Source of the DNA: Fimicolochytrium jonesii
Taxonomy: Eukaryota
Length of the DNA stretch: 64,000 bases
Reading direction: 5' to 3'
Assembly: GCF_025526975.1 (NCBI RefSeq)
Contig: NW_026515686.1
Coordinates: forward strand, 372,001-436,000
Shown here: one piece after another, positions 46,978 through 60,350 of the stretch
Numbering within the stretch: position 1 is the stretch's first letter
Layout: each line of letters starts with the position of its first letter
Made by a program: the position numbers and the translations under genes
The notes under the pieces: generated by a model
The model's database searches: none
The model's input: only the letters and a program-made list of their open reading frames with translations
What the model was told of the DNA's origin: nothing

Positions 46978-49005
46978 GTGCCTCCCAGTGAACTTTCGCC
47001 GCATGGTATACCACCTACGCCAGCAACTCTTTCGCAATGGCCCCCGGAATGTTGCCGCCGACCACACGCTGGTCGCGTCCGCTGCGGGGGCCGGTCTTCA
47101 CGACGTCGTTGCTGCTCGCGATGGTGAAGGGGCGGATGATAGAAGATGGTGGTGGTGGAAAGTCACCGCCCCCCCGCTGATGCTTGAACGGCCCGTCGAG
47201 GTTCCGCTCGCTGTTTCCGGGTCTGGTTTGACGATGCGTCCAAAGCGCGGCTTGGTGGGGTGCTCGGCTACGAGGTCTCTCATACACGGGCTTCCGAGCG
47301 GGTGAGACGTTTCCGGACGACAGCGAAAGCTTTCAAAACCGACGAGTCCCCCTTCTTCCCTGAGGCTGATAAGCGAGGAGGATGGGGCAGCGGGTGACCG
47401 TGTTGCTGCCGTTGCGTGCCCTCTTGCAAGTATGCAGACGGGGAAGGTTGTCCGCCCTCCTAATTGCGCGGTTGCGTTGGAACTCTGAGAATATGACTTA
47501 TGAGCATCCAGGACAGCCAGGTGTAATGCCAAAGAATGACGGATGTTCGTCTACTTACAGGGCAACGCGCTCTGGAAACACTCGGTATTTTGGCTGCAAT
47601 CGAGAGTTCGAGGAGGCACAATGAGGTGGGCTCGGATAAGCCGTCGGATGTGCAGGTCTCATAACAGCTCCCAGCATACGAGCGTACTTCTCCGCTGGCA
47701 TTGTCAATTGCCGTCCTCATGTAGGATTAGACGACATCGACGTAAGGAAGCAGAGCCTTTGCATCGTTTCGCTCCATGAGGTACGCGAAGCAGTCACCGG
47801 TCGCCTCGCGCTGGCTTCTCGCGGGCTCCCGGTCGCTTTCCGGCAGAGCCTCGACGAGTGGACGGTAGGCGGAGCGCACCTCCACCAAATTCTGCCCACT
47901 TGGCAGCCAACGAGAAAAGATCATCCTCCTTTATCACTACCACCCCACGTCATCGTCCTCATCTTCCTCGCTCTCGGTGATGGTCATGGTAACTCGCGCC
48001 GTGAACTCCTTTTCGCGGTCTCCAGCCACGAAAAATAGTATGCCGCCCGAAGTAATGCAGGTTTTGATCGTGCGCACGGTGGTGTTCACGCATATTTATT
48101 GGTTCGTCCGGTAAGCTTGAGGACAGGTTTCGTAAATCGTTGCCGAGCGATTAGAAGTTCGGCCCGGGTTCAAGTAGATTCTGTTGGTGTGTCTGGTGAG
48201 CTTGAGAACGGGTTTGAGCAGACCGTTGCTGATCGACTGCCGAGGTCCGTTCTGAGGCTGCGCCCACATGATGCGCATTCGACGCTCCTTCAAGGGACGT
48301 AGTTCAAAGTGTCAATGGTGCGCTTAGCACCCGGACGTTGACATAAGCGGAACTTGTGCAGGCTTCCCGACCACAAAACCGCATGAAGGACAGGTTCAGG
48401 GCCCCTCGCATCCTCTTTGAGCTTCCCGGAAGCGCCTCGTTTCGAGCCGAGCTGAGCACCCAAAAATGCCGAATTGGCGGATGGCTCTCGCTTCGTGGGC
48501 CGTTCCCAACCGGTGCTCTGGGGCAGGCGGCGCCGCTTCAGCAGGAGCGAAGTCGGTGGTGGCAGGCTCGACGATGGTGGTGGTGGCGCGGGCGAGGCGG
48601 AATCTCGGTCGTTGGGAAATCGGCATCACAGCCACGGGCTCAGGCCCAGCGTGGGTTTTTGTTACTGGCCGCTTGCTGAAGTTTCCCGAACTGCCGCGCC
48701 CTTGAATCGAACGCCCTGCATCCGGACTAGCAGCCGATTGTCTGCCGGCCTGCCTGGGAAACGGGCATCAACTCTGGAAGAGTATCCCGATAAGTGACAA
48801 AGCTGCACCGCCCGCACGCGCCAAGGCGGAGGTCGTCGACGATTGTGAACGGACGATGCCCTTGAGGGCTTTTAGTTGCGCTGCTTCGTCGGCGATACCT
48901 AGATGAGATGGAGAAAACAGAAAGTGAGACTCAAGATCTCTTGAAACACATGCGAACCCGGAAGACAACTTACCATGCGCCAGTAAAAGTTGCCGAGGGG
49001 CATGT

Positions 49006-49737
49006 TCACCGTAGCCGGAGGAAGGTCTCGATGGCGCGGCCGCCTCCGCGGACACGACGGTAGAAGCAACGGTAGATGCCGAGCTGCTTGGCGGTTTGCT
49101 TTAGCGGCGTTGATTGGCGCATGGCTGCCTGAGAATGCCGAAATCCGAGGACGTGGCCGAGCGGTTCCAGCATGGTTTGACTGGACGCCGAAGTGGCCGT
49201 TGATGATTGACGTGATCGCGCCTGTTTCTTGATTCGGTACTCTCTTGCGGCTTGTCTGTTTGCCTTGGCGGTTTCGCTGCGCGCCCGGCTGACGGAGCTT
49301 CCGTAATTCGAGGAAGACAAGGTAGATGTCGTCAGTGCCGACGATGAGAGTTCACCTTCGAAGGAGTGGGCCGGATAGAAATACTTGCGCAGCTGAGCTT
49401 CCTGAGCAAGGTTTATGTGCTTTGGGCGGCAGTCGCATCGGATGTCCGTCGGATCGAAACGCTCGATATCAAGCTTGAAGGCTTGATGTCCGATCTCTCG
49501 CTTTAGTCCCCAGGCACGGAGGATCAACTTTTGCACCTTTTCTCTAGGATCGTCGCTCGTTGGACCGCGATCCCTCCGTCAAGGATCATAGCACGCGGCT
49601 TTGATACATAGTGCGTATCGCACTGCGGATCGATATCCGTAAACAAAGGCCATTCCGGCCTTTTCCGTGGTGCCCACATGCGGGCAGCCACGGCCCGGCT
49701 TCCGGGTCGGACCGAGCTCCTTGCTCGATGGTGGCAT
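49006..49737 (-). pseudogene. Chimeric ORF: UBP8-like exon-1 copy, in-frame TGA, then a segment with a bZIP-like basic motif
   Basis: 49737-49597 is clearly homologous to 13415-13547; TGA at 49579-49581; the same frame continues to KANRQAAREYRIKKQAR. Confidence 0.7.
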
Positions 49738-50084
49738 TGCTACCGGATCGTTGAGCGCAAGAAGCGCAAGATGGAAACGGTGGTTGGCGGGGTGATAGCT
49801 GGTGGTGGTTGAGACTTGGATTTGCTCGATGATTGGAGTTGCACGGGAGAATCGGTCCAGTTTGCCACCCCTGACGCTTTGGTGGGAACACCCGGGAATG
49901 GCCACGCACGTCTTCGGGGTTTAGATGGGTGCTGTGTTGCTCTTCGAGGGCAATGCAATGCGGACCCGTAGGACCCGTGTTGCGAATGTTTATGCACCCC
50001 CCACGCGCTAGGTAAGCAAAGTCACGCGGCTGCACGTGCTTGTGCGCTGATTAAAGGATGCCCCCCATTTGGGAGACTGCAATG

Positions 50085-50127
50085 CATCCATCCATCCATC
50101 CATCCGGACATCCATATCCATCCATCC
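50085..50127. repeat. Imperfect (CATC)n microsatellite
   Basis: CATCCATCCATCCATCCATCCGGACATCCATATCCATCCATCC. Confidence 0.8.
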
Positions 50128-50427
50128 GGGAAGGGAAGTGTGACAAAATGCACCGGTGGCTCCCCCTACCACAACCCACCACAAACTATACAGTAGGCTC
50201 ACCTCTGATACCTACACTACACTACATACACTACGACCGTCTATCACCGCACGCAACCACCGCAGAAGGAAACGGTTGCCAGAGCTCGCTTCTACAAGTG
50301 TGTTCAGTTTCATACCGATATTCGTTCAGCTCACTGCGAGGCAAAAATAAGGGTGCATTTCCTCGCGGAACACCCACACCCGTCAACGTCCCCCTGACAT
50401 TTGTATGGGCAATACTTGCGGCCTTCA

Positions 50428-53400
50428 ATGTCGTCGTTCGACAGCAAGGAGGTCGACTACAGCTGGCTGCACGATGACCAGGTGTACGAGGACGAAAGGT
50501 AAGGGAGTGTTCTTTCTGCTGTCTGCATTTGTCGTTTTCAGCGCGAGCGAGGGGACCGGAAAACGAAATCACTAATGCCGAACGTATCTTCAACAGCTTG
50601 AGTCCAGCCTTCATGTCAGATGACGAGGAGACCGACTTGTTGCGAGATAGGGACAGCAGAACGGCGGCGAGTGGTTTTCTGTTGGAAGAAGTCGATAGAA
50701 CGTCTTCACCGCCTCCTGCACCGGCATCCCCTGCCGACAAACAAAGTCTGACGATTAGAAAGACACCAATCGAAGATCCTTCATCACACACAATCCCACA
50801 ACGAGCAACGATTGCCGCATTACCCTTCGTCCTCCGCCGCGAACACTCCCGCGGCGCCTCCATATCCCTCTCACTACCCCAATCCCCATCCTACCATCAA
50901 ACCCCGCCCCCCGACTCCCTACCCACTCCACCACCCCCCTGCCGCTCCCCAACAACACAATCACCAACTCGCCACCTGCCACCCCACATAATCAACCTCA
51001 TCCTGTCCCACCTCTCCCACCTCCCCACCGTCGCCGCCTGCACAACAATCTCCAAATCCTGGCTACCCCCCGCCCTACACCACCTCTACACCCGCCCCTG
51101 CTTCCCCACCACCAAAAACTTCCACGCCTTCACCCAAACCCTCTCCCAAACCACCCACGGCGCCCTCGTCACCCACCTAAACATCCCCCCCTGGCTCGCC
51201 GACAGCGTACCCCTGGGCGACCTCGACGTATTACTCCAACTCTGCCCGAATGTGCAAGAGTTCACTCTGGAGGGCGGGATCGGGGTCAGCAATGTACTTG
51301 TGCAGAGCATTGCGGATAATCTGGGCAGCTTGAGGACAGTAGGGTTGCGGGGGTGCCCTGTGACCGATGCGTTGGTTCCCGCCTTGATGGGGGGGTGTAA
51401 GATGTTGGAGGTTGTGGATCTGTCGTACACGCAGGTTTCGGTTGACGGGACACTTGCCTGCGTCCTACACCACGCCGCGAATCTACGGCGTCTGGAATTG
51501 GAGGGCTGTTCGGCTACCTCCTCCGCCAGCCCTATCCCCGACATCACGCTTTTGGACCCCCTCCAACTGCAAACACTCAACCTCCGCGCAACACCCACCA
51601 CCGACACCCTCGTCCGCCGCATCGCGAAGCATATGCCCCACCTGCACGCGGTAACACTCGACTCGTGTTTTGACATATCCGACGACGCCATCTTCGCCCT
51701 CGCGCGCTCCTGCAGCGCTGCGTTGACGTATCTGGATGTATCGTTCTGCCCGTTGGTCACGGATCTGTCCCTATTCGCCGTCGCGCAATACAATAAACGC
51801 ATCGAGACGGTGATTGTGAGCGGGTGTGCGGTGACGAATGGCGGGGTTGAGAGTGTCGTGAGGGAGTGTGAAGGGTTACGGAGGGTCGTGTTGCATGGGT
51901 GTCAGGGGGTGGAGGGGTGGGGTGGGCGGTGGGAGGTCCCCGGGGGCCCGGAGGGGGTGATGAGGGAGTTGGTGGGGGTGGGGACGGAGGGGCTGAGGGC
52001 GTGGCTGGGTGGTCGATCGAAAGGCGTTGCGCCTGCTGCGGAGGAGATGAGCGTTGAGGGGATGGATACGTCTCCGGTGGCGCTGAGGGATGACGCGTTG
52101 ACGAGGAGAACGACGCTCGACCGAGGCACGCAGACTGAAGATTCAGGACAGCGTGCGGAACGCACACATACCGCCGCCGCCGCCGCCGCTGCACACTCGA
52201 ACACGGAAACGACGGAAGCGGCGACGAACGTCATCATGAAACTCGCGGAAGCCATGGCGGCCGGGCTGTGGTCACCCCACCACCAGATCAACCACCCCGT
52301 TACAAATGGACACGCGTACGGATCGTACCCGCTCGCATGGCATCCGCCTCCCGGGGTACACTATCAACAATTTCAGCAGCAGCAGCAGCGGACGATGCAT
52401 CGAATGTCGCGCGAGACCGTCACGTCGACGCAGAGCAAGCGGACGGAACGCACCGAGTTGTTGTCGGATGACGAACGCGGGGTCATGTGGGGGCGGGATG
52501 CCGAGGACGCTGAACCTCCAGCGAAGGTGGAGAAAGCGCCATCGGAGAGGCAGGGCGTGAAGAGGACGAGTATGATACCGGCGTTGAAGAGGAGCGTCAC
52601 GGCCGGGTCGTCCGGGATCCCTGTGCCGAGGAACGGGTCGGTTTCGGGATCGAAAGCGGGGGGAACTGCGAAGACCGGGGTCGGCTTGTTTCCCTCCCCG
52701 CCCATCTCCCCGCCTCCGGCCACTCCCGCTGCGAACACCCCGAGGACGGCGAGGACGGGTATACCGCTCGCGAACCCACCCTCACCACCGCAGCAGCAGA
52801 AGAGATGGTCGACCACCTCCTCTGTGACATCCAACACCTCAACACGCTCACGGATCCCGGCGCCGACGCCTGTGAAGGGGATTTCAAGGCGGCTGTCGTC
52901 GAACACGGTTCCGGGCCCTGCTAGAGGGGAACCCGCGGCGGGGGTGAACGGAGCCGGGATTGGCGACGGTGACGCACTGCCGAGCGTCGTGAAGCGCAGG
53001 GGGCTGGTGGTGACGAGGAAGCCGTCGGGGATGTTCGGGAAGGCCGTCGTCACAGCGTCTGACGCTTCCCTCTCTGCATCATCGCCGACACTCACGACGA
53101 CGACGATGATACGACATACCGCGCAGAAACCCACCCCGAACGGATCAAGCGCAGAACCGATGTACAAACCCCGCCTGTTTAGACGGTTCAACACCGCCCC
53201 GGGGGATATCACGACCACCACACTGATGCACCATGACCTCCGCGCCCCGACACCACCCCCGACGGCGCCTTTGCCGCCCGTGCCCGTGGAGGCGGGCGTG
53301 TCGCACGCGGGGATGCGCACACCGCGGCCTAGCACGCCAGTGAATCCGATCGCGAACGGGGGGAGTGGGAGGAGCACGCACAGTGGGGCAAGTGGGGCGA

Positions 53401-53549
53401 GTGAGGCGAGCACGCCGACGCGCCCCCCGCCGGCGTCAAGGGTGCGCTGGTCGCATCATTTGGAGCCGAGTGCGGTGGGGGTTGGGTGGATTAGTGGCGG
53501 GGAGGCGGGGATGGAGAAGGAGAAGGGGAGGAGGGGGGTTGGGCGGTGA
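50428..53549 (+). CDS. F-box / LRR (RNI-like) protein with long disordered C-terminus; intron 50499-50596
   Basis: HLPPHIINLILSHL...CTTISKSW...HLYTRP F-box; Cys-containing LRRs (LRGCPVTD, LDSCFDISDDAI, VSFCPLVTDLSL); upstream exon MSSFDSKEVDYSW splices in frame. Confidence 0.88.
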
Positions 53550-54237
53550 AGATGAAACAGCTCGCGGGAAGAAGGGTGGATGTGAGATTTTGTGGGAGGG
53601 TTGAAATAATGAGGATTACGGCGTATTGGATGTGGAGTAGGAAGAAATCCCGGGCGAAGAGAAGAGAAGCGGGGACCTGAACGGGTCTTGGAGGCGTAAA
53701 AGCAGTTTTTTGGGTAGTGGATAATATACTGGGATCTGCGAGTACAACCTTCGTTTTGGCTTGGGCCCTTGCGCGAGAACGACATCGATGGGTGCCAACT
53801 GGTCACGTGCCGACGAGCGAGTTTAATCCACGTCTCTTTCCTGTCTTTCTTGCTGTGCAGCCTTCTCAAGTGTGCCAAACCCCCACTCCAGTCTCCTGCC
53901 CCTTCATCGGCAGACTCCCACTTTCTCCACACAGGTCCCCGCCCGCACAGCCCTCTCTAGGCCCGCTCCCTCGCTGTCGCCTATAGCTCGTAAACGGCGC
54001 TACCTCCCTCGCTGCCGCTACTAGTCCGTCGTCTCCTCGCCCCTCAGCATCCATCGAGCAGCGGTGTTTCTCGAAACCTGTCTGTCTAAACCACCTTCCG
54101 CTCAAGCGAAACTATTCCCGTTGCCTACGTCTGAATGGTGAGGTCGCTCAGTTTATGTTTCAAGTTTAAACCGACGGTCACTCAAACTTAACTTCACGGT
54201 CGTCCATCCATCCTAGCCTGAATTTGGAAACCTCAGC

Positions 54238-55611
54238 ATGATCTCCGAATCACCCCTTCCCGACAGCCATAACTACGCCAACATGGCCGCTCCAGCCGCC
54301 GGTCCCGAACAGCAACAGCAGCTGTCCGAGCGGGACGTACAAACCCCACAGACGGACATCCAGCAGCAGCACCAGCAACGGCCCACCTACCACGATGTCG
54401 TCTGTTCCCACTTGTACCACACCGGCTACATGCAGGCTCTGTACGCCGATTTGATTGTCCGTCTGCAGCTCGGTGGGTCTACAGGTACGGTCCCGAATGG
54501 CGACGGGGCCTCACCCACGGATGCTGTCCACTTCAAACTGCACCGGATTATCGCCATCCGCAGCCCGTACTTTGCGTCGGCACTGGCGGAGATGGAGGCG
54601 AACGGGGAGTACGCGCCCGTCGCGACGCTGACGATACACCAGCACGATCCGAATCTCACGCCCGAAGGCCTGTCCATCGCGTTCGGGCATCTGTACGGTC
54701 TGTTCTCCCAGTCGCACCTCACGGACGGATCCGATCACGACCTGCCGCCGCAGCAGCGGTCCGCCCGGCTCCGCTCCGTCCTGAGCGCCGCGACGCTGTT
54801 GCAGCTGGACGACCTAGCGTCCCTGGCCGGCGAGCTGATCAAGTCGGACATCTCGCGCACCACGGTGCTCGACTACTGCCATTTCGCCAGCCACCCCGAT
54901 TTCGGCGCCAGCTACGGCAAGCACAGCCAGGACATCCGCGAGGCCGTATTGGTGTACCTCACCCGCGGCGTCGTGCGCGACGTCGCCGACCAGTTCGGGA
55001 TCGTGTGGGGGAATCGCGACGGCGAGGGGTACAAGGAGCTCGTCGCGACATTCGCGGAACTGCCGTTCGAGTGGCTCAAGAAGGTCGTCGAGAGTAAAGG
55101 GTTCGAGGTCCCCGGCGACATGGAGCGGTTCAATTTCGCAAAGGAGATCGTTGCCTTACGTCAACGGCGTCGTCAGGCGGGCGGCGGAGGAAACCCCCGA
55201 GCAGGAGGCCCTCCCGCCGGGGCAACCGTACCCAACCGACTCCTCGCCGGCGAAGAAAACGTCCTCCTAGCCTTCGGATCCAAAGACCGTTCAGGCGTCA
55301 CCATCGTCCGTAAAGCCGTCCGCGCCCCTCCCGCCCCGCACTACCACCCCCACCCTCACGCGTACCATCACCCATACCATCACCCCATCATCAACGGCCA
55401 CGACGACCAACCATCCCAATCCAGCTCGCCACCCTCGGAACAACAACAACAAGCGCAGTATCAGACTGCAAGTCCATCACCACATCAGCAGCAGCAGCAG
55501 ATGGTGCCACAACATCCGCATCTGGCGTTCCCGAGCCCGGTCGTGAATGGGAACCCGAGGCCGATGAGTGCGGGGTATGGGGAGAGGAGGGTGTGGAAGG
55601 CTGGGCATTGA
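54238..55611 (+). CDS. BTB/POZ-domain protein
   Basis: HLYHTGYMQALYADLIV...FKLHRIIAIRSPYFASAL...LTPEGLSIAFGHLYG...VLSAATLLQLDDL. Confidence 0.85.
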   Translation: MISESPLPDSHNYANMAAPAAGPEQQQQLSERDVQTPQTDIQQQHQQRPTYHDVVCSHLYHTGYMQALYADLIVRLQLGGSTGTVPNGDGASPTDAVHFKLHRIIAIRSPYFASALAEMEANGEYAPVATLTIHQHDPNLTPEGLSIAFGHLYGLFSQSHLTDGSDHDLPPQQRSARLRSVLSAATLLQLDDLASLAGELIKSDISRTTVLDYCHFASHPDFGASYGKHSQDIREAVLVYLTRGVVRDVADQFGIVWGNRDGEGYKELVATFAELPFEWLKKVVESKGFEVPGDMERFNFAKEIVALRQRRRQAGGGGNPRAGGPPAGATVPNRLLAGEENVLLAFGSKDRSGVTIVRKAVRAPPAPHYHPHPHAYHHPYHHPIINGHDDQPSQSSSPPSEQQQQAQYQTASPSPHQQQQQMVPQHPHLAFPSPVVNGNPRPMSAGYGERRVWKAGH

Positions 55612-56519
55612 ATTTGAAGAAATGTTCTCTGATCGCCGCCGACGACATATCCAGCCGCACTGTTGCATATATACCAAGAAGTAGGTCGATTTACAGGGTA
55701 GGAGCGATGTTTATTGAGGGAGGGTCAGAGGTCGTGCATGTGGCGGAGGGAGGGGCTTTATGAGGTGGTGGTGTATATAAGGGGAGAACGAGGAGGGGGG
55801 TTTGTGGGGGGGGGATGTTGATTCGCTTGTACCCAGTATACAAAGCCTTTGACGGGCGCTCTTTTATGAATAGTCTTGTTTTCCTGTTTCTTTCTTTGAG
55901 TTGTGGGCTTTCTAAGTTCGGCTTTTGACACCCCAACATGTGTGGATTGTGGAGTGCCCCACTTCTCTTGATGGACTGGATGGGACTGGATGGGATAATC
56001 TTCATGCGAACCGGAACGGCGAAAGTACGCACTTAACGTTTTCACATGCAATATTGATCTCGATTTCAGAACATACTCCACACTACTAGACGGGGGAGGG
56101 GGGGGGGGGGGGGGGGGATAGTAGACGGGAGGTGCCTTGAGACAGCTGCTACCTTTTTCCTTTGTAAAAACCCCTGGGGGATGTCTGTACCGTGGAATGC
56201 CTTCCTTTCACGGTGCGATGCCCCACGTCCGATGCCCAGCGCGCGCTGTCACACCTCCGCGTCTTCCCATGCCAGAAAGACCTCGGCTTCGGCAAAGGGC
56301 GGGAATACTGTACATATCGCAGACGACACTCATAGGCTTCCGCCGGCGTACATACTGTACCAGGAAGTCTTTTTGCTCGCTGAGGGTAAAGTTGGGAGGG
56401 ATATCGGTCTTTTGAACGTCCGGTCGCATCACCCAAAAGCCTCGGACCCATCCTGCAAAGGTGGCACTTTTCGGGTGTGAGGTGTTCCGCGAATTGGGAG
56501 GAGGCGACGACGAGCGACG

Positions 56520-59500
56520 ATGGCCCACCCACGACCACCCAGCCCGATGAGGCCGAGCCCCAGGCGGCCAGAGGAACGGGCGGCCGCCGGGTATCTTCCC
56601 TTCCCATTACCCAACCGCGGGTCTTCACTAGCCAAGCCCGGTGCTGAGGTGCCACCCGACCAACCCGCACAAGAGTATCCTCCAGCAGATGCGTGGTCTT
56701 CCGTACCGCACCATCGAGGCGAGACGGACTACTACCCCATGGTAAGGCCTCTGACGTTGACAAGTAGCATGCCGGGAAATGTGTGCAGTACATGTCAACC
56801 ATACACCGTTTTCTCCCCCCTAGGCCTTACACCGCGCGAAATATGCAGTAGAGCTCGACCACCAGGGCCGGCCGACAGAAGCAGTACAAGCGTACTGCGA
56901 TGCGATCATGCTCATTGAACTGATGCTGGATAAGCAGGACGATGCGATATTAGCGTCAGGGGGGTGGGGAACGGATCTTACGGGGACGATTGTACCGTTG
57001 AGGGGGAGGAGCGGGTCAATTAGGAAGCGTGGATCGGTTGGGAAGCGTGGTAAGGGTGAAGATGGTGTCGTGCAGGCGGTGCTCGGATCCGGAGACGGTG
57101 GAGGTGCAGCCGCCGGGTCCGATGTCCCGCAAGAGACCATGGCGCTGCTGGCGTGGTATGTGCATGGGCGGACGGATTTGATCACATCTCGAAACTCGTA
57201 TGTGCTCAGAGCCGGGGAGCTCCTTTCAGAACTGCCGCCGGAATGGTCGGTGCTGTATGACACGAGGAAGAGTCAGGTCGCCGCATTGGCTACCGCTGCT
57301 CTTTCTGAGAAGAACGCGGAGCGAGACAGGTCTGCGGGAGGTGCAGCAGACACGGCAGCCGGTGGAGCGGGATCTCTTCAACCACCGCGCACGTCGATAT
57401 CGAACGAGCAGCCTGCGGCGCATGGCTCTTCGTCTTCGCACACGGCATTACCGCAACCCGCTCTTCCAGCAGCACCCTTCACGGGCCCAAGCCGCCGCCG
57501 CTCGCTCTCATTTTCGTCGACGCGACCCTCGTTCCGCAGCAATTCGATCACATCAGCCTACAGCAACGCTAGCAGCGTATCGGGGAGTCAACATGGTTCC
57601 GGGCCTGTGGCCACACCCGATCAGCTGTTTACGGCCACCGTTGCATTCACTCCACCCCCCTACGTCCCGCCACCAGCACCATCACCCTCCGTATCACCCA
57701 CATCGATGACCGTAACTCACGCGGTCTCACCCACGCGCAGAACCCTCACCCTCCTCCGCAACGTCGCAAATACCATGACCACCGGCGCGTACCTCTCCCC
57801 CGCGCTCTACGTTCCACCCACAATATGGCAGCAACCGACGACAAAGCTGCCCTCTATTGACACCAAAATCGCCCTCTGCGAAAATGTGATGATCGCGCTC
57901 AACATGCTTATCGTCAACTACCTCCCAGGCTTTGCATCGGGCAGATCCTCCATTACATCCACGTCCTCGGCGTCCAACGCCATCTCGGCAACGATGAATT
58001 CCAGCGTCGTCACGTACGCGAATCTGGCCGCCGTAGCGTCGGCCGACCCGAACGCGCTTCTAAGAGATCTGGAACGCGTGGATCAGGCTTTGGAAGCCGT
58101 GCGGAGTAGCAATGCCAAGAAGCTGAAGCAGTGGAGTGAGGATCCAAGCTCTTCTTTGTCGATCCTGCCGTCGGCGATATCAAAGCATCTGCAGCCCATG
58201 TCGGCGTCCACATCGTCCCTCGCATCGCCGACAGGTCCGCGGCCCTTCGATTACTCGGAGAGTCTACCGCTTCCCATCGCGGTCGTGGGTTCAAAGTCCA
58301 CCTCAGCCCTCCCTTACGACGTGCCACCACCACCGTCACCGAAACACGGTTCACCGCCTGTCCCGTACTTCCTCCCGCAATCCACTCACCAGCACCACCA
58401 CTCCTCCACAACATCACTCGCATCCGCCTCATCCGCAGCAACCCGGCTCTCACTATGGAGTTCGAAAATCTCCAAATCGGTCGAGAAATTCACTCACTCG
58501 CGGCCTATCGGCGCGAATTCATCTCATTCAGATCATATTGACAAGCAGGGCATGAAACGCCCTTCATTGGTGTTTTCGTCCACCGCGTCCTCCTCACCGG
58601 CCACATCCATCCCGCCCACCCCCGTTTACCCCACCGCAATGGCAAGTCTGCCCGTGTCCCCGCTGACGTTGCCGACGCAGGGGTATCATGTAGACGTCCC
58701 CGCGCCGCCACTCCCGTCCGCACCTTCGACTGTACAACAACAGCAGCAGCAGCAACAACAACAACCGCCGCAATTCGCAAACAGTTATGTGGACACGCTG
58801 CACAGGATGTTGATGCAGACCAACGTTCTGGACGTCATTTATGGTGTTTATGGAGGCGAACAGGCCGTGGTGGCGTATGACGGCGGGGTCGGTGGAGCCG
58901 CCATGAGCGTCGCGAAAGTGTACGCACCGTTGGAATCCACTGGCGGCCTACGCGGGGACCCACACTCCAACCCGACCTCCAACCCACCCTCACGGCAGGG
59001 CAGCAGCAGCAATCTAGGCGTGTACAGCAAATCGCAATCCCTCTCCCTCCCCGGCTCGCGGAGCATCACACCGCGAGGCAGCATCGCGTCCCTTACTAGC
59101 CGGCTATCCACCGTCAGCCTGCAACAACAGCTGCAGCAGCAGTTGCAGGCCGCGCAGCAACGGGAATATGTCCCGCCTGTACCTGAGCTGCCGGCGAATT
59201 ACTCGGCTATCAATCTCGCGAATTTGGCGAAACCAACGAATTCGCCACCGCATCATCATCAACAACAGCAGCAGCAGCAGCAACCCCCAACCTCCCACCT
59301 CACCGCCGCTTTCGACCCCTCAACCCCATCCCAAACCAACGCAGTCCAAATACCCGGAACACCCTCCACAACCCCGCCCCGCCTCTCCACATCCGCCCCC
59401 TCCTCCGGCACCTCCACCCCCCGTCTCTCCGTCTCGACTCGCCCACGGCACCCACACCCCATCACCACCCATAACCCCAACACCAACCCAACGATCGTCA

Positions 59501-59658
59501 TAACAGCCCCACCGGCCAGCATCACCAAGATCCGCGCGAAACTGGACGCCATCGCGACGTTCTACGGCCGGGTTGTTGTCAGGGGGTTTGTCGTGAGGGA
59601 TCTGGATCGGCTGGTGGATCGGAGTTGGAGGAAGGTTCGGAAGGTTGCTGTTGGGTGA
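56520..59658 (+). CDS. MIT-domain protein with long low-complexity region; intron about 56742-56823
   Basis: After the intron: ALHRAKYAVELDHQGRPTEAVQAYCDAIMLI...SYVLRAGELL (MIT helices); later TTGAYLSPALYVPPTIWQQ...KLPSIDTKI; start codon uncertain. Confidence 0.75.
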
Positions 59659-60350
59659 AGGAGGGGAACAAAAAACGTTTTGGCCGCGTGCCAGCTTCGG
59701 GACGGGCGTGAGGTACCGGAACCGGAGATGTTCGCACTGTGGACACTCTGTGGAATACGAGGCGTTGAGCGTCTCGACCGGTTTCTGTGATGCGGTGCCG
59801 GGAATGCATTTGGAAACTTGGTCGGTTGAAGACGCCCTGCACATCTTCCACGTCGTCGTTCGACAACGAGACGGAGTCCCGACTCTCTGCATTCCGCCGC
59901 CACCCGAAAAGAACTAGGGGAAGAATCGAAACCAACAGGGACCTCGTTATCCCCCCCCCCCTGTATCATGCAAATATAATTTGTTCCGCCCCCCATCAAG
60001 TACTAGAAATGGGGAGGAGACCCGGACTACCGGACAACACAAGATGGAACGAACGCGTTTTCATTGCTTTTTTTGGAATATATCGAAGGGGATTTTTATA
60101 CTTTACGCCTTGTTTTGACAACACAGACATTTTGTGAAATGAAAATGACCGTGAAAAAAAAAAATTTGGGGCGGGACGGCTGAATTAGAACACACAAAAC
60201 GTCGCAGGAGCTTCCAAACTACGTAGGAACGAGACTCTGTGCAATGGGGTATATATTCTTCCAGATCTTTCAAACTACATGACGCCGCTCTCACCAAAAT
60301 GTCGGGGCTATGCTAGCACGACCCCCCGACGCCCACGTTCAAATCTCACA

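Noticed and set aside
7238..49581. Stop-codon reassignment suggested by in-frame TAG/TGA at 7238, 38481, 42117 and 49579
   Set aside because: Conserved genes in the window terminate normally with TAG (DPH5), TGA (RPN7, SEC8) and TAA (eIF3e), and some affected loci also carry frameshifts; pseudogenisation is simpler
58735..59285. CAG/CAA tracts as repeat elements
   Set aside because: Ordinary polyglutamine coding stretches, also present in the RhoGAP, BTB and GST genes
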